NCBI GenBank assembly: GCA_965203555.1
Contig: CBDBCY010000004.1
Location: 1,600,001 to 1,664,000, forward strand
Source: Acidimicrobiia bacterium
GTDB taxonomy: Bacteria > Actinomycetota > Acidimicrobiia > Spongiisociales > ZC4RG35
Length of the DNA stretch: 64,000 nucleotides
Direction of reading: 5' to 3'
In this document: positions 1 to 9,912 of the stretch, in pieces
Position numbering within the stretch: the first letter of the stretch is position 1
Layout of the letters: each line of letters begins with the position of its first letter
The notes under the pieces: generated by a model
The model's input: only the letters and a program-made list of their open reading frames with translations
The model's database searches: none
What the model was told of the DNA's origin: nothing
Position numbers and translations under genes: made by a program

Positions 1-32
1 AGTCAGACAACACTCAGTTCCGAAAGGTGTTT

Positions 33-317
33 TCAGGACCTTCCGCCCAGTTGTGGCAGCATCTCGACCCCCGCATCGGGACGGGCAATCACGTGGACAG
101 CCACAACTTCGCCCACTTTGTTGGCGGCGACTGCGCCCGCGTCGGTGGAGGCTTTCACCGCTCCCACTTCTCCTCGTACGAAGACCGACACCAGGCCGCC
201 TCCGATCTTTTCCAGCGCCACCAAATCGACGTTGGCGGACTTCAACATGGCGTCAGCAGCTTCCACGGCGGCAACCATGCCCCGGGTCTCAATCATGCCT
301 AAAGCTATTTTGTCCAA
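33..317 (-). CDS. Bacterial microcompartment hexamer shell protein (BMC-H, EutM/PduA/CcmK family)
   Basis: 94 aa: [26 protein letters not shown]...[18 protein letters not shown]...VHVIARP, a canonical BMC domain; AGGAGAG RBS upstream. Confidence 0.97.
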   Translation of the reverse strand: MDKIALGMIETRGMVAAVEAADAMLKSANVDLVALEKIGGGLVSVFVRGEVGAVKASTDAGAVAANKVGEVVAVHVIARPDAGVEMLPQLGGRS

Positions 318-380
318 GGCTTCTCTCCTTAGTGTTCGGCTGTTGGCGGGGCCACTGGGGGTCCCGGTTTTGGTCTGTTG

Positions 381-641
381 TTACTTGGCTCTCTTGACAT
401 CGTCAACGATCATCACCGCCGCCGCATCGGTGGGAAGACCCCGGAGAGCGGCGGCCTGGCGGGCCGCCGATCCCTCGGCGACCAGGATCAATTCTCCCGC
501 CCCCGCTCCGACCGCATCGGCCACCACCGTCTCCTCACCGCCCTCGTCTTCCACCGACTCGGCCAGCAGCAGGGTCACCCCCTGGAGGCCGGGGTCCTTG
601 ATGGTCCCGGTCACCTTGCCCGTGACACGGCAGAGACGCAT
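381..641 (-). CDS. Microcompartment vertex/pentamer protein (BMC-P, EutN/CcmL family)
   Basis: From ATG 641: MRLCRVTGKVTGTIKDPGLQGVTLLL...VVADAVGAGAGELILVAEGSAARQ...PTDAAAVMIVD, typical EutN/CcmL motifs; starts 4 nt after the upstream stop. Confidence 0.93.
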   Translation of the reverse strand: MRLCRVTGKVTGTIKDPGLQGVTLLLAESVEDEGGEETVVADAVGAGAGELILVAEGSAARQAAALRGLPTDAAAVMIVDDVKRAK

Positions 642-645
642 CTGA

Positions 646-1956
646 TCAAAAGGCTTCCAGATAACGGTCCCGCTCCACTTGGGTGACATCGTTCTGCCAT
701 CCTTCCGGGTCGGACTCCACCATGAAATTGTGTTCCCGCTCGGCTTGCTGGACCAAGGTGATGCGCAGCGGCTCGGGAAGGACTTCGGCGATCAACTCGG
801 AGCCTTGGAACAACTCCACGGCGGTCGGGATATCGCTGGGAAGACGTTGGTGGCGAGTGGCGCCGTAGCCGTCGCTCAATTCCTTCTCGGTGGGCTCGGC
901 GCCTTCGGCGATTCCCTTCAGGCCCGCCGCAAGTTGCACGGCGGTCAACAGGTAGGGATTGGCGTCGGAGGATCCGTCCCGCTGCTCGATGCGGGTGGAA
1001 CTTTCGCTGCCCTCGATCACTCTCAGTCCCACCGTGCGATTGTCCCCGCCCCAGGCGTTGTTGGCGGGGCAGAAGGTGTAGTCTTGCCGACGCTTCATGG
1101 CGTTGGGAGTGGGAGCGGATATGAGGGCGGTCTCCGCCATGTGCTGCTGGAGTCCCCCCAGATAGGAACGTCCCAGCGCCGACAGGCGACCCGCGTCGGA
1201 GAAGACGTTTCTTCCGTCCTTCCACAGCGACTGGTGCATGTGGAAACTGTTTCCCGATTCCATGAAGAAGGGCTTGGCCATGAAAGTGGCCAGGTATCCG
1301 TGGTTGTAGGCGATCTCCTTGACCGCGTTGCGAAACAGCATGGCGTTGTCGGCGGAGACCATCGCCTCCCGGTAACGAAGGTTGATCTCGATCTGCCCGG
1401 GGGCGTATTCGGGATTGGACATCTCCACCTGGATGCCCATCTCGGTGCAGAGATTGCGGATCGGCCCCACGACATGCTCGAACATGGCGCCCCGGGCCAG
1501 TCCGTAGACGGAGATCCCCGAATCCACCAGGTTCTTGGTCTCCAAATCGAGCAGGTAGAACTCGAATTCCACCCCGGTCATCACCTCGTAACCCTGGTCG
1601 GCGGCCCTGTCGAGCTGCTCAACCAGGACGTTGCGCGGGTCACAGACCACCGGACTCCCGTCCGTCTCCTCCGCTCGGCCGACTACCAGCACGACTCCTT
1701 CCTCCCAGGGGACCCGTCTCATGGTCTCGATCATCGGAACGACGTGGAAGTCGGCGTAGCCGTTCTCGAAGTTGGCGTACGGAGTGTCCCAGATGTCGTT
1801 GGTCACATCCATCTGGAAGATCGCGTTACACATTCCTATCCCGTGCTTGAATTCCTCCCACACCCCGGCGTGCATCCGCTTGCCCCGGGCGATCCCATTC
1901 AAGTCCCCCAGAGCGACGATTACCGTGTGAGTGCCCTTCGGCAACGATTTAGCCAC
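646..1956 (-). CDS. Glutamine synthetase-like protein, probable gamma-glutamyl-amine ligase (PuuA/PauA/GlnA3-4-like)
   Basis: GS motifs DLNGIARGK, GVEFEFY, EYAPGQIEIN, TFMAKP, SGNSFHMHQSL, WGGDNRT, RIEQR..ANPYL; lacks the N-terminal FDGSS segment of true GlnA. Confidence 0.9.
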   Translation of the reverse strand: MAKSLPKGTHTVIVALGDLNGIARGKRMHAGVWEEFKHGIGMCNAIFQMDVTNDIWDTPYANFENGYADFHVVPMIETMRRVPWEEGVVLVVGRAEETDGSPVVCDPRNVLVEQLDRAADQGYEVMTGVEFEFYLLDLETKNLVDSGISVYGLARGAMFEHVVGPIRNLCTEMGIQVEMSNPEYAPGQIEINLRYREAMVSADNAMLFRNAVKEIAYNHGYLATFMAKPFFMESGNSFHMHQSLWKDGRNVFSDAGRLSALGRSYLGGLQQHMAETALISAPTPNAMKRRQDYTFCPANNAWGGDNRTVGLRVIEGSESSTRIEQRDGSSDANPYLLTAVQLAAGLKGIAEGAEPTEKELSDGYGATRHQRLPSDIPTAVELFQGSELIAEVLPEPLRITLVQQAEREHNFMVESDPEGWQNDVTQVERDRYLEAF

Positions 1957-2079
1957 GGAACTCTCCTCTCTGTACCGTGTTTGATGTTCTTGGTGGGATT
2001 CTGCTTCTTCCTGCCTCCCAACAAGTAGCGGTATACCATCATAGTGGAATCTTCATCAACCGGGGGTTGGAGGAAGCCC

Positions 2080-3222
2080 TTGAGACGAGCCGTCGAAGCG
2101 GTGGTGGTGGGCGCGGGAATAGCCGGGGCCATGACCGCCCTGTATCTGCGCCGCGCCGGACTATCGGTGTGCCTGGTCGACGCCTGGGATCCCGGCCACG
2201 CCAGAGCCGCTTCCTCCGGAGTCCATCGGCTGATCCGATCCACCCACGGGACCGACGAACTCTACACCCTGTGGAGCAGAGAAGCCCGCCTGCGCTGGAT
2301 GGAGTTGTCCCAACAACTCGGACAACAGTTCTATTACGAATCGGGGGTGGTGATCCTGGCGGCGGAGGGTCACTCCCAGTGGGAGGATGCCACCCAGGAC
2401 ACCTTTTCGCGACTGGGCATACCTTTCTTCATCGTTCCCCCTCACGAACTGCCTATCAGGTTGCCGGTGGTAAACCCCCGGGGGATCTCCTACGGGCTGT
2501 GGGAGCCCGAGGCCGGATTCATCATGTCCCGGGACGCCTTGGTGGCGACGGTGGACCTGTTCAGATCCGAAGGAGGCACGTTCATGCGAGGCAAGGTGGA
2601 AACCGACGAGAACGAGCGTCCCATCCTCAATGGAAAACCCCTGCAAGCCGATCTGGTGGTCATGGCCTGCGGGGCCTGGATGGGCAGGCTGTTCCCCCGC
2701 ACGCTGGGCAGGCTTCTGGCCATTGTCCGGCAGGATGTGATCCTGGTATCCCCGTCGGCAGGCGATACCCGGTACGACTGGCGGAACATGCCCGGATGGA
2801 TCGACCACGGTTACCCCGCCTACGGAGTGCCCGCCGTCAAGGGTCACGGTTTCAAGGCGGCCTTTGCCTGGCACCACGGCATGATGGACATAGACAGTTC
2901 CGACCGGGTGACCGATCCCTCCACCGTGGCGAGGTGCCGCCGCTACCTGGCCACCCGCTTTCCGGAGTTGGCCGACTCGGTGATAACCGACCAGAAGGTG
3001 TGCCAGATCGTCAACACGCCGGATCGGCACTTCGTCATCGATCGCCACCCCGACCATGAGGACCTGGTGCTGGTTACCGGCGGGTCGGGACACCTCTACA
3101 AGCACGGACCGGTGCTGGGCGATTTCGTAGCGGGGTTTGCTCTCGGCAAGCACGGGACCAACCGGCGTTTCCGGCTGGGCCACGCCCGCACCGCTTCATC
3201 GGCTTCCGACGACCCTCAATAG
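2080..3222 (+). CDS. FAD-dependent amine oxidase, monomeric sarcosine oxidase/SolA family
   Basis: VVVGAGIAG FAD motif, ASSG..RLIR, VCQIVNTPDRHFVID (Cys at the MSOX flavinylation position), GGSGHLYKHGP; TTG start after GGAGG (ORF track starts at 2044). Confidence 0.85.
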   Translation: MRRAVEAVVVGAGIAGAMTALYLRRAGLSVCLVDAWDPGHARAASSGVHRLIRSTHGTDELYTLWSREARLRWMELSQQLGQQFYYESGVVILAAEGHSQWEDATQDTFSRLGIPFFIVPPHELPIRLPVVNPRGISYGLWEPEAGFIMSRDALVATVDLFRSEGGTFMRGKVETDENERPILNGKPLQADLVVMACGAWMGRLFPRTLGRLLAIVRQDVILVSPSAGDTRYDWRNMPGWIDHGYPAYGVPAVKGHGFKAAFAWHHGMMDIDSSDRVTDPSTVARCRRYLATRFPELADSVITDQKVCQIVNTPDRHFVIDRHPDHEDLVLVTGGSGHLYKHGPVLGDFVAGFALGKHGTNRRFRLGHARTASSASDDPQ

Positions 3223-3462
3223 ACATCCCGGTCGCGCCGGGCCGGCGGGAGTTGTCACACCCCCGTCGTACATTCGGAACTGTGAAAAAATCTCCCGAAA
3301 GTCAACAAAAAACCTCCTAAACCGTCAAAAGTCCAAACTACCTGCTAGAACCCCTCTGCTGATTCAAAGTTGCGAAAGCCGATGCTAAGTCGGGAAAACT
3401 CGTCATTTACTTTTCGTTAATGGACACAACTTGTAACCGGTGCGATAAGAGACTCCATCCAT

Positions 3463-4872
3463 ATGGCATACGACAGATATCCCGAAGATGAATACCCGGA
3501 CCACCCACCCCCGCGGGGAAGGGTAGGGCGAGTACCTCCACACTCCAGGGAGGCCGAGGAGTCGGTGCTGGGAGCGATCCTGTTGAGCCGGTCCGCCACC
3601 AACCAGGTAATGGAACGGCTGGAAGCCGACGACTTCTACGAGCCGATCCACGGGTTGGTGTTCGAAGCCGCCCGCCGACTCTTCGACGAAGGCAGGGCCA
3701 TTGATGTCCTGACCCTGGCCGAGGAACTGCGGCGCACCGATTCCCTGGAGAAAATCGGGGGGCATGAGAGACTGGCCGATCTCAGCCAAAGCGTCCCCAA
3801 CATTTCACATGCCGACCGGTATGCGGCCATCGTGCTGGAACACGCCCAGAGAAGGCGACTGATCGAGGTGAGTCAGCGGGTCACCGATCTGGCCATGAAC
3901 CTGGACCAGACCACCGACACGGTGATCGATCAGGCCGAGCGGATGATGCTGGAAGTCAACGACGAGTCGGTCGAGGAAGGACTCCAGCCGGTCAGGAACC
4001 TGATGAAGGGCGTCTTTGAGGGAATAGAGCGCCAGGGGAACGAACTTCCCGGACTGGCGACCGGGCTGAAGGATCTCGACGACAAGCTGATGGGTCTCAA
4101 CCCGGGAATCTTCCTGGTGGTGGCGGGCCGTCCCTCGATGGGCAAATCGGCCTTCGCCCAAACCCTCGCCTCCCACACGGCGCAGGAAGGGGGCGTAGTC
4201 GCCCTGTTCTCGCTGGAAATGTCGAAGGAGGAGGTCTTGACCCGCCTTCTGTCCATGGTCGGCGAGGTGAACTCGTCTCGCCTCCGGTCAGGGGTGGCGA
4301 ATAACCAGCGGCTGTGGGACAGACTCTTGGAGGCGGGAGGAAAGATCCACGATTGGAAGCTCTACCTGGACGACACGCCGGATCCCACCGTTACGGAGAT
4401 ACGGGCAAAGTGCCGCAGGCTCCGCCACGACGAAGGCCTGGATCTGGTAGTTGTGGACTACCTGCAGTTGATGCCCTCCGGCGGCAGTTCCTCTTCAAGA
4501 AACCCCGAGAACCGCCAACAGGAAATAGCCGAGGTGTCCCGTTCCCTGAAGGCCCTCGCCAGGGAGTTGGACGTGCCCGTTATCGGCATCTCCCAACTGA
4601 ACCGGGCAGTCGAGCTTCGCAAGGACAAGCGACCCATGCTGTCGGATCTGAGGGAATCAGGCGCAATCGAACAGGATGCCGACATCGTGCTGTTGCTGTT
4701 CCGGCCCAAGTACTACGACAAGAATATGCAGGACGACGTGGCTGAAGTCATCGTCGCCAAACACCGGTCCGGCCCCACCGGCATGGTGCGAACCGCTTTC
4801 GCCCAGGAATACACCCTCTTTCGGAATTACACCGGAGAACTCCCCCCGGACGAGGACCAGGGCTACCGGTAG
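3463..4872 (+). CDS. dnaB: Replicative DNA helicase DnaB
   Basis: PPHSREAEESVLGAIL, Walker A AGRPSMGKS, VVVDYLQLM, SQLNRAVE..RPMLSDLRESGAIEQDAD, KHRSGPTG. Confidence 0.98.
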   Translation: MAYDRYPEDEYPDHPPPRGRVGRVPPHSREAEESVLGAILLSRSATNQVMERLEADDFYEPIHGLVFEAARRLFDEGRAIDVLTLAEELRRTDSLEKIGGHERLADLSQSVPNISHADRYAAIVLEHAQRRRLIEVSQRVTDLAMNLDQTTDTVIDQAERMMLEVNDESVEEGLQPVRNLMKGVFEGIERQGNELPGLATGLKDLDDKLMGLNPGIFLVVAGRPSMGKSAFAQTLASHTAQEGGVVALFSLEMSKEEVLTRLLSMVGEVNSSRLRSGVANNQRLWDRLLEAGGKIHDWKLYLDDTPDPTVTEIRAKCRRLRHDEGLDLVVVDYLQLMPSGGSSSSRNPENRQQEIAEVSRSLKALARELDVPVIGISQLNRAVELRKDKRPMLSDLRESGAIEQDADIVLLLFRPKYYDKNMQDDVAEVIVAKHRSGPTGMVRTAFAQEYTLFRNYTGELPPDEDQGYR

Positions 4873-4927
4873 ATACCGGTCCCATCCGAAAGTTTCGCCA
4901 CCCGGCTGTCATCCCCCGGGTCCGGTG

Positions 4928-7249
4928 TCAACCCGCGGTAGTGGTGGTCGTCTCCTCCGGTTCGCCGCCCGGCTCTCCCGTGGTGGGGGTGGTGTCCTCG
5001 GATCCGGTCTCAGGGTCCCCGGTGGTGGGGGTGGTGTCCTCGGATCCGGTCTCAGGGTCCCCGGTGGTGGAAGTCGTCTCGCCGACCCCTTCCGAGACAA
5101 CCACCAGCACCGGACTTCCGGCTTCGATGCTCTCCCCCGCCCCCGGCTCGGTCCGGACAACCCCCCCGGCGGGCACCGACTCGGAAACCTCCGTCGCCTC
5201 CACCCAGCCCAGACCCGCCTCTGACAAGGCCACCAACGCATCGCTGCTTGCCAACCCCACCACGTCGGGTATCACCAGGAAGCCCAAGCCTTCGGAGATC
5301 ACCACCGAAACCTGGCCGCCGGACTCCACCCTCTCTCCCGCCCCCGGCTCGGTCCGGATAACCCCCCCGGCGGGCACCGACTCGGAAACCTCTCTCACCT
5401 CCACCCACCGCAGTCCCGATTGCGCGAGAACAACCAGGGCCTCGCTGCTCGGCAGCCCCACCACATTGGGAACCACCACCAATCCCACCTCGGGCGCCGG
5501 CTCGGTACTTGCGGAAATGACGACCACCACCTGATCGGTGGCGGCGATTCCACCACCAGCGCCCGGTTCGGTCCGGATGACCTGACCGGCGGGCACCGTC
5601 TCCGAACTCTCGATGGTCTCCACCCATCTCAAGCCTGATTGAGCCAACACCGAGAGAGCCTCGCTGCCGGGCAATCCCACCACGTCGGGGACGACCATCA
5701 AGCCGGGACCGGTTGCCACCACGAGGTCGATCGGCGTCCTTGTCGGCAGGAGCGGTCCGGGCAGGGGGTTCTGGTCCACAACAGTCCCCACCTGGCGGCC
5801 GCTGTTCTCCATGAATTCGACTTGGCCCACCAAGAATCCCTGGGCGAGTATCAGGTTCTCCGCGGTGCCCTGCGTCTGGCCGATGACCAAAGGAACGTCG
5901 AATCTCTCCAGACCGCTGGAGACCACCACCTCCACCTCGGTTCGAGATTCCACCCGGACCCCGGCCGCAGGATTGGTGGCGATCACCCGGCCCTCCGGCA
6001 TTTCCTCGCTGCTCTGACGCACCACCCGCACGATCAACTCCGACTCCTGGATGGAGGCGAAGGCATCCGTTTCCCATCTGCCCACCACATCGGGGATGGC
6101 GACCATCACCGCGCCAGGCTGCGGCGCCGGCGCCTGAAGGAGATTCCACACCACCCAGCTCAGGCCGGCCAGGGCCACAAGCAGCACCAGGACTCCCATC
6201 ACGAACGGCAGCGGCACAGAACGCCGCTCCTGCATGGGCGAGTGGTAGCTCTGGGAGAGCAACCTTCCCCCGCGGGGCGCCCGGGCAGGCATTCTCGTGG
6301 CGGGAACCGGTTGCCTGACCATCACCGGAGGCTGTTGGGGAGCAGGGGGGGCAACCGAAGGCTGTTCCCCGGCGGCGCCGGGCAAATCCTCCCCCCTCAG
6401 CCATGCCTCCAGATCCTGGAGGAAGGGCTCCGTGTCCTGGTAGCGATTGTCGGGATCCTTGCTCAGCGCCCTGAGCACGATTAGATCCAGCTCCGGAGGC
6501 AGATCCCGATTGCGATGCGAAGGCGGTGGCACCTCCGCCGAGACGTGCTGATAGGCGACCGACATCGGTGTCTCACCCCGGAAGGGGGGGCGACCCACCA
6601 GCATTTCGTAGAGAACGACCCCCAACGAGTAGATGTCCGAGCGCATGTCCGCCGGTTTTCCCTGGGCCTGTTCGGGGCTGAAGTAAGTGGCGGTCCCGAT
6701 CACCGATCCGGTTTGAGTCAGTTCCGTCGCTTGATTCCAGGCCCGCGCTATTCCGAAGTCGGCCACCTTCACGGTTCCGTCCGAGGTAAGCATGATGTTC
6801 CCCGGTTTCACATCGCGATGAATCACGCCCAATCGGTGGGCAATGGCCAGGGCCAGAACAACCTGGCGGACAATTTCGACCGCCCTCCGAGGCGGGAAGG
6901 GCTTCCCATCGCCGGTGATATCCCGCAGACAATCCCCTTCCACCAATTCCATGACCATGAAATAGGCGCCCTCCGCCTCTCCCCAGTCGTAGATCCCCAC
7001 TATGTTGGGATGGTTCAGGTTGGCCGCCGATTGGGCCTCGCGGCGGAACCTTCTTACAAAGGATTCATCCTCGCTGTGAGATCTGGGGAGGAGTTTGACG
7101 GCCACTCGTCTGCCCAGGGCCAGATCCACCGCCAAATAGACGTCGGACATGCCCCCTCTAGCCAAATGGCTTACCAATCGGTAGCGATCAGCCAGGGTAT
7201 AGGGGAGTTCCATCTCCATAGGCGATGATAGAAAGGCCAACTTTGCCAA
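4928..7249 (-). CDS. pknB: Stk1/PknB-family Ser/Thr kinase with one TM helix and five PASTA domains
   Basis: GGMSDVY, VAVK, HRDVKPGNI, DFGIAR, GTATYFSPEQ; TM segment; five 'VPDVVG..' repeats; true start may be ATG 7219. Confidence 0.95.
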   Translation of the reverse strand: MAKLAFLSSPMEMELPYTLADRYRLVSHLARGGMSDVYLAVDLALGRRVAVKLLPRSHSEDESFVRRFRREAQSAANLNHPNIVGIYDWGEAEGAYFMVMELVEGDCLRDITGDGKPFPPRRAVEIVRQVVLALAIAHRLGVIHRDVKPGNIMLTSDGTVKVADFGIARAWNQATELTQTGSVIGTATYFSPEQAQGKPADMRSDIYSLGVVLYEMLVGRPPFRGETPMSVAYQHVSAEVPPPSHRNRDLPPELDLIVLRALSKDPDNRYQDTEPFLQDLEAWLRGEDLPGAAGEQPSVAPPAPQQPPVMVRQPVPATRMPARAPRGGRLLSQSYHSPMQERRSVPLPFVMGVLVLLVALAGLSWVVWNLLQAPAPQPGAVMVAIPDVVGRWETDAFASIQESELIVRVVRQSSEEMPEGRVIATNPAAGVRVESRTEVEVVVSSGLERFDVPLVIGQTQGTAENLILAQGFLVGQVEFMENSGRQVGTVVDQNPLPGPLLPTRTPIDLVVATGPGLMVVPDVVGLPGSEALSVLAQSGLRWVETIESSETVPAGQVIRTEPGAGGGIAATDQVVVVISASTEPAPEVGLVVVPNVVGLPSSEALVVLAQSGLRWVEVREVSESVPAGGVIRTEPGAGERVESGGQVSVVISEGLGFLVIPDVVGLASSDALVALSEAGLGWVEATEVSESVPAGGVVRTEPGAGESIEAGSPVLVVVSEGVGETTSTTGDPETGSEDTTPTTGDPETGSEDTTPTTGEPGGEPEETTTTTAG
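4980..5070. repeat. 42-bp tandem repeat (2 full copies plus a partial) encoding the acidic Thr-rich PknB tail
   Basis: GTGGTGGGGGTGGTGTCCTCGGATCCGGTCTCAGGGTCCCCG at 4980-5021 and 5022-5063; peptide TTGDPETGSEDTTP twice. Confidence 0.95.
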
Positions 7250-7258
7250 TAACCCTTC

Positions 7259-8641
7259 TTACCCGCGTACCTGGATTCGCTGAAACCAATACGAGAACAA
7301 TTCGGAGGCGACCGGAGCGGCGGCGGTTCCCCCGGTAACGGACTCACCGAATTCCCCTCCCGGTTCGATCATCACCGCCAGGGCGATGGTGGGGTCCTCC
7401 ACCGGGGCGAACCCCACGAACCAGGCGTGGTTGCGCCCCTGGGTGTCCCGCCCGGTCCCGGTCTTTCCGGCCACACGGTGCCCGGCCACCGTGGCATCCA
7501 TGCCGGTACCTTCGGTAACCACCCGCTCCATCATCCTGGCCATCTCCGAGGCCGTTTCCTCGGAGATCGCTCGCACTCCGGGGACAGTGCCTCTCACCTC
7601 CAGGACCTCGCCGTCCGCATCGGTCCAGGCAGCGGTCAGGTACGGAGCGATCATCTCGCCTCCGTTGGCCACCGCGGCAGCCACCACCGCCATGTGAAGA
7701 GGAGAGGACATGGCCAGCCTGCCGGCGCCGGCGGAAGCCAATAGCGCGGTATCCGAGGATCGCTCGCCACCGAACAGCGGCGCCGGAGCAGGGAGTGGGA
7801 ACTCGATCTCCACCCCGAATCCAAAAGCTGTGGCGTAGCTCTCCAAGATCTCCGGCCCCATCTCCAGAGCCAGCTCCGCGAAGACCACATTGCAGGAAAG
7901 GACAAATGAGGTAAGCAGGCTGACCTGGGGAGCATCACCACATGGAACATTCCCGGGATTGACAATGGCAAAGGAGCCTTCGGGAATCTGCCACGAAGCT
8001 CGGTCTTCGAACGAGCTCTGCGCATCGGCGACCTGTGTGTCCAGGGCAGCCGCGGCGGTGACGATCTTGAATGCCGACCCCAGCGGATAGCGGTCACCGG
8101 CGGCTCTCTCCGCCAGTGACGGTCCCGGTGAGGAAACCAGCGCCAGGACTGCTCCGGTATACGGGTCGACGGCCGCCAATGCCCCCCGGCGCCCCGCCAG
8201 AATGTCATAAGCGGTCTGCTGAAGGTCGGGATCCAAGGTGATTTGAAGACCGCGGGGACGGAGGTCTTCGCCAAAGAACGCCGCCATCAGATCCGAGACA
8301 CTCAGGTCCCGGCGGGAACGAAGCTCGTCTTCATACACGTCCTCCAACCCTCCGGTCGATGCTCCCGTGCCCATAACCGCGGCGAAGGCTTCCCCCGCCG
8401 GATACCGGCGGACATAGGACCGGGGACTTTGAGGGTCCTGCGCGGAGTAGGCCAGGACGGTCCCCGACACCGTGCTTATCAAGCCCCGTTCCTTGCCGGC
8501 CTGGAAGAGTGCGATCCGACGATTGTCGGGATGGCCTCGGTAACGATCGGCCATTACCCCCTGATGCCAGGTGGCACCCACCACCAACACGGCCATTCCC
8601 GTCAACAGAAAGAGGGCAAGGCTGCGGATGGGCCGATTCAC
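7259..8641 (-). CDS. pbpA: Class B penicillin-binding protein PbpA
   Basis: SxxK (GSAFK), SxN (SCN) and KTG motifs; N-terminal TM; lies between rodA and pknB. Confidence 0.9.
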   Translation of the reverse strand: MNRPIRSLALFLLTGMAVLVVGATWHQGVMADRYRGHPDNRRIALFQAGKERGLISTVSGTVLAYSAQDPQSPRSYVRRYPAGEAFAAVMGTGASTGGLEDVYEDELRSRRDLSVSDLMAAFFGEDLRPRGLQITLDPDLQQTAYDILAGRRGALAAVDPYTGAVLALVSSPGPSLAERAAGDRYPLGSAFKIVTAAAALDTQVADAQSSFEDRASWQIPEGSFAIVNPGNVPCGDAPQVSLLTSFVLSCNVVFAELALEMGPEILESYATAFGFGVEIEFPLPAPAPLFGGERSSDTALLASAGAGRLAMSSPLHMAVVAAAVANGGEMIAPYLTAAWTDADGEVLEVRGTVPGVRAISEETASEMARMMERVVTEGTGMDATVAGHRVAGKTGTGRDTQGRNHAWFVGFAPVEDPTIALAVMIEPGGEFGESVTGGTAAAPVASELFSYWFQRIQVRG

Positions 8642-9912
8642 AGGGGACCCCGTTCTTCATCACTGATTCTTAGTAGCAGGCCTATCACCAGCCATCCCGC
8701 CAGCAGGGAAAAGCCGCCATGAGCCAGAAAGGGCAATGTCATCCTGGTGGGTGGCGTCAGACGCTCCAGTCCACCCGCTCCAGCCAGGAACATCAAGCCC
8801 AGGAGAGCAGTCAAAGACCCTGCGGCCACCTTGCTGAAGAGATCACGAGAACCCAGCGCCACCCCCATTCCCACTGCAATCACCAACGCATGGAGCGCTA
8901 TCACCGCCACGGTCCCGGCCAACCCCAACTCCTCGCCCAGGGCAGCCAGAATCCAGTCGCTAGCGGCGTGAGGCACCAGATCGGGATCACCCATTCCCAG
9001 CCCGGAGCCGGACAGGTTGCCGCTGCCCCAGGCCAGCAGGCTCTCTCGCAGACCGATGTCTCCCTCAGCCCTTGAAAAGGGATCCAGCCAAACCCCAATC
9101 GTCTCCCTCACCCGAGATGAAGTTAGACCCAAAAGGGCCCCGCCTCCCACCAGGACCAGGGCGGTCCATGCCACCCGATACTCTCCCGTCGCCAGGAAAG
9201 CAACGCAGGCGGAGAGAACAACCACCGTGATCCAGGCGGTGAGATCACCGGTGGCCCACAGCATAGGAAGGGTCGCCAGCCACACTGCGGCGATCACCAA
9301 CAGATGGCGCCACCTCAGAAGCCAGATTCCAGATTGCGTCGTCGCCGCGACATCCGCCGCCCATCGAGAATGGATACCGGCCAGGCCGACCGCCAGGAGG
9401 ACCAGGCCCAAGCCGAAGGGTTGGATCAGGAATCGTTCTCCTCCCCGGTCCAACGACAACCACAGACCGAGATCGTCATCGGGGAGACTCCTGAACAGAC
9501 GGGAGAGAAACGGCACGACGATCAGGAACAGCCCGCCAATGGCCAACGGGTAGCCTGCTGACACAATCCTTCCCACTCCCCACCGGAAGGCCAGGAGCAC
9601 ACCTGTCGCCGCCACGACACCCGCAACCACCCACCACATTTGCAGGGAACCCGCGCCAGGATCGATGCGATAGATTTCCACGAGGCCCAGGGCCACCAGC
9701 AGAGCGGTGGGCGGTAGCAGGAAAGGAGAGGCGTCGGGGGCCCAACGGGCCACCGACGCCAGCAGACCCGCCAGGGCGCCGGCGTACACGAGCAGAAACA
9801 CCAACGGCGTCCACCCGATCTGCCCGCTCTTCCCGAAGTCGACCAGCGCCGCTCCCAAGCCGGCGCCTGCTGCCGAACCGGCCAGCAGGGCCGCCTCGGT
9901 AATCCTTCTCAT
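8638..9912 (-). CDS. rodA: SEDS family peptidoglycan polymerase RodA/FtsW
   Basis: Multi-TM; WLDPF, GSGLGMGDP..VPHAASDWILAALGEELG, LPFLAHGG; conserved synteny. Confidence 0.88.
   Translation of the reverse strand: MRRITEAALLAGSAAGAGLGAALVDFGKSGQIGWTPLVFLLVYAGALAGLLASVARWAPDASPFLLPPTALLVALGLVEIYRIDPGAGSLQMWWVVAGVVAATGVLLAFRWGVGRIVSAGYPLAIGGLFLIVVPFLSRLFRSLPDDDLGLWLSLDRGGERFLIQPFGLGLVLLAVGLAGIHSRWAADVAATTQSGIWLLRWRHLLVIAAVWLATLPMLWATGDLTAWITVVVLSACVAFLATGEYRVAWTALVLVGGGALLGLTSSRVRETIGVWLDPFSRAEGDIGLRESLLAWGSGNLSGSGLGMGDPDLVPHAASDWILAALGEELGLAGTVAVIALHALVIAVGMGVALGSRDLFSKVAAGSLTALLGLMFLAGAGGLERLTPPTRMTLPFLAHGGFSLLAGWLVIGLLLRISDEERGPL

Noticed and set aside
679-2028. Long antisense and alternate-frame ORFs (here and over ppk1, pst, SLC13, MATE and others)
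   Set aside because: Typical high-GC shadow frames opposite well-supported genes.
3240-3460. AT-rich intergenic region upstream of dnaB as a possible replication origin
   Set aside because: No convincing DnaA boxes (TTRTCCACA) and no dnaA/dnaN nearby; more likely a promoter region.
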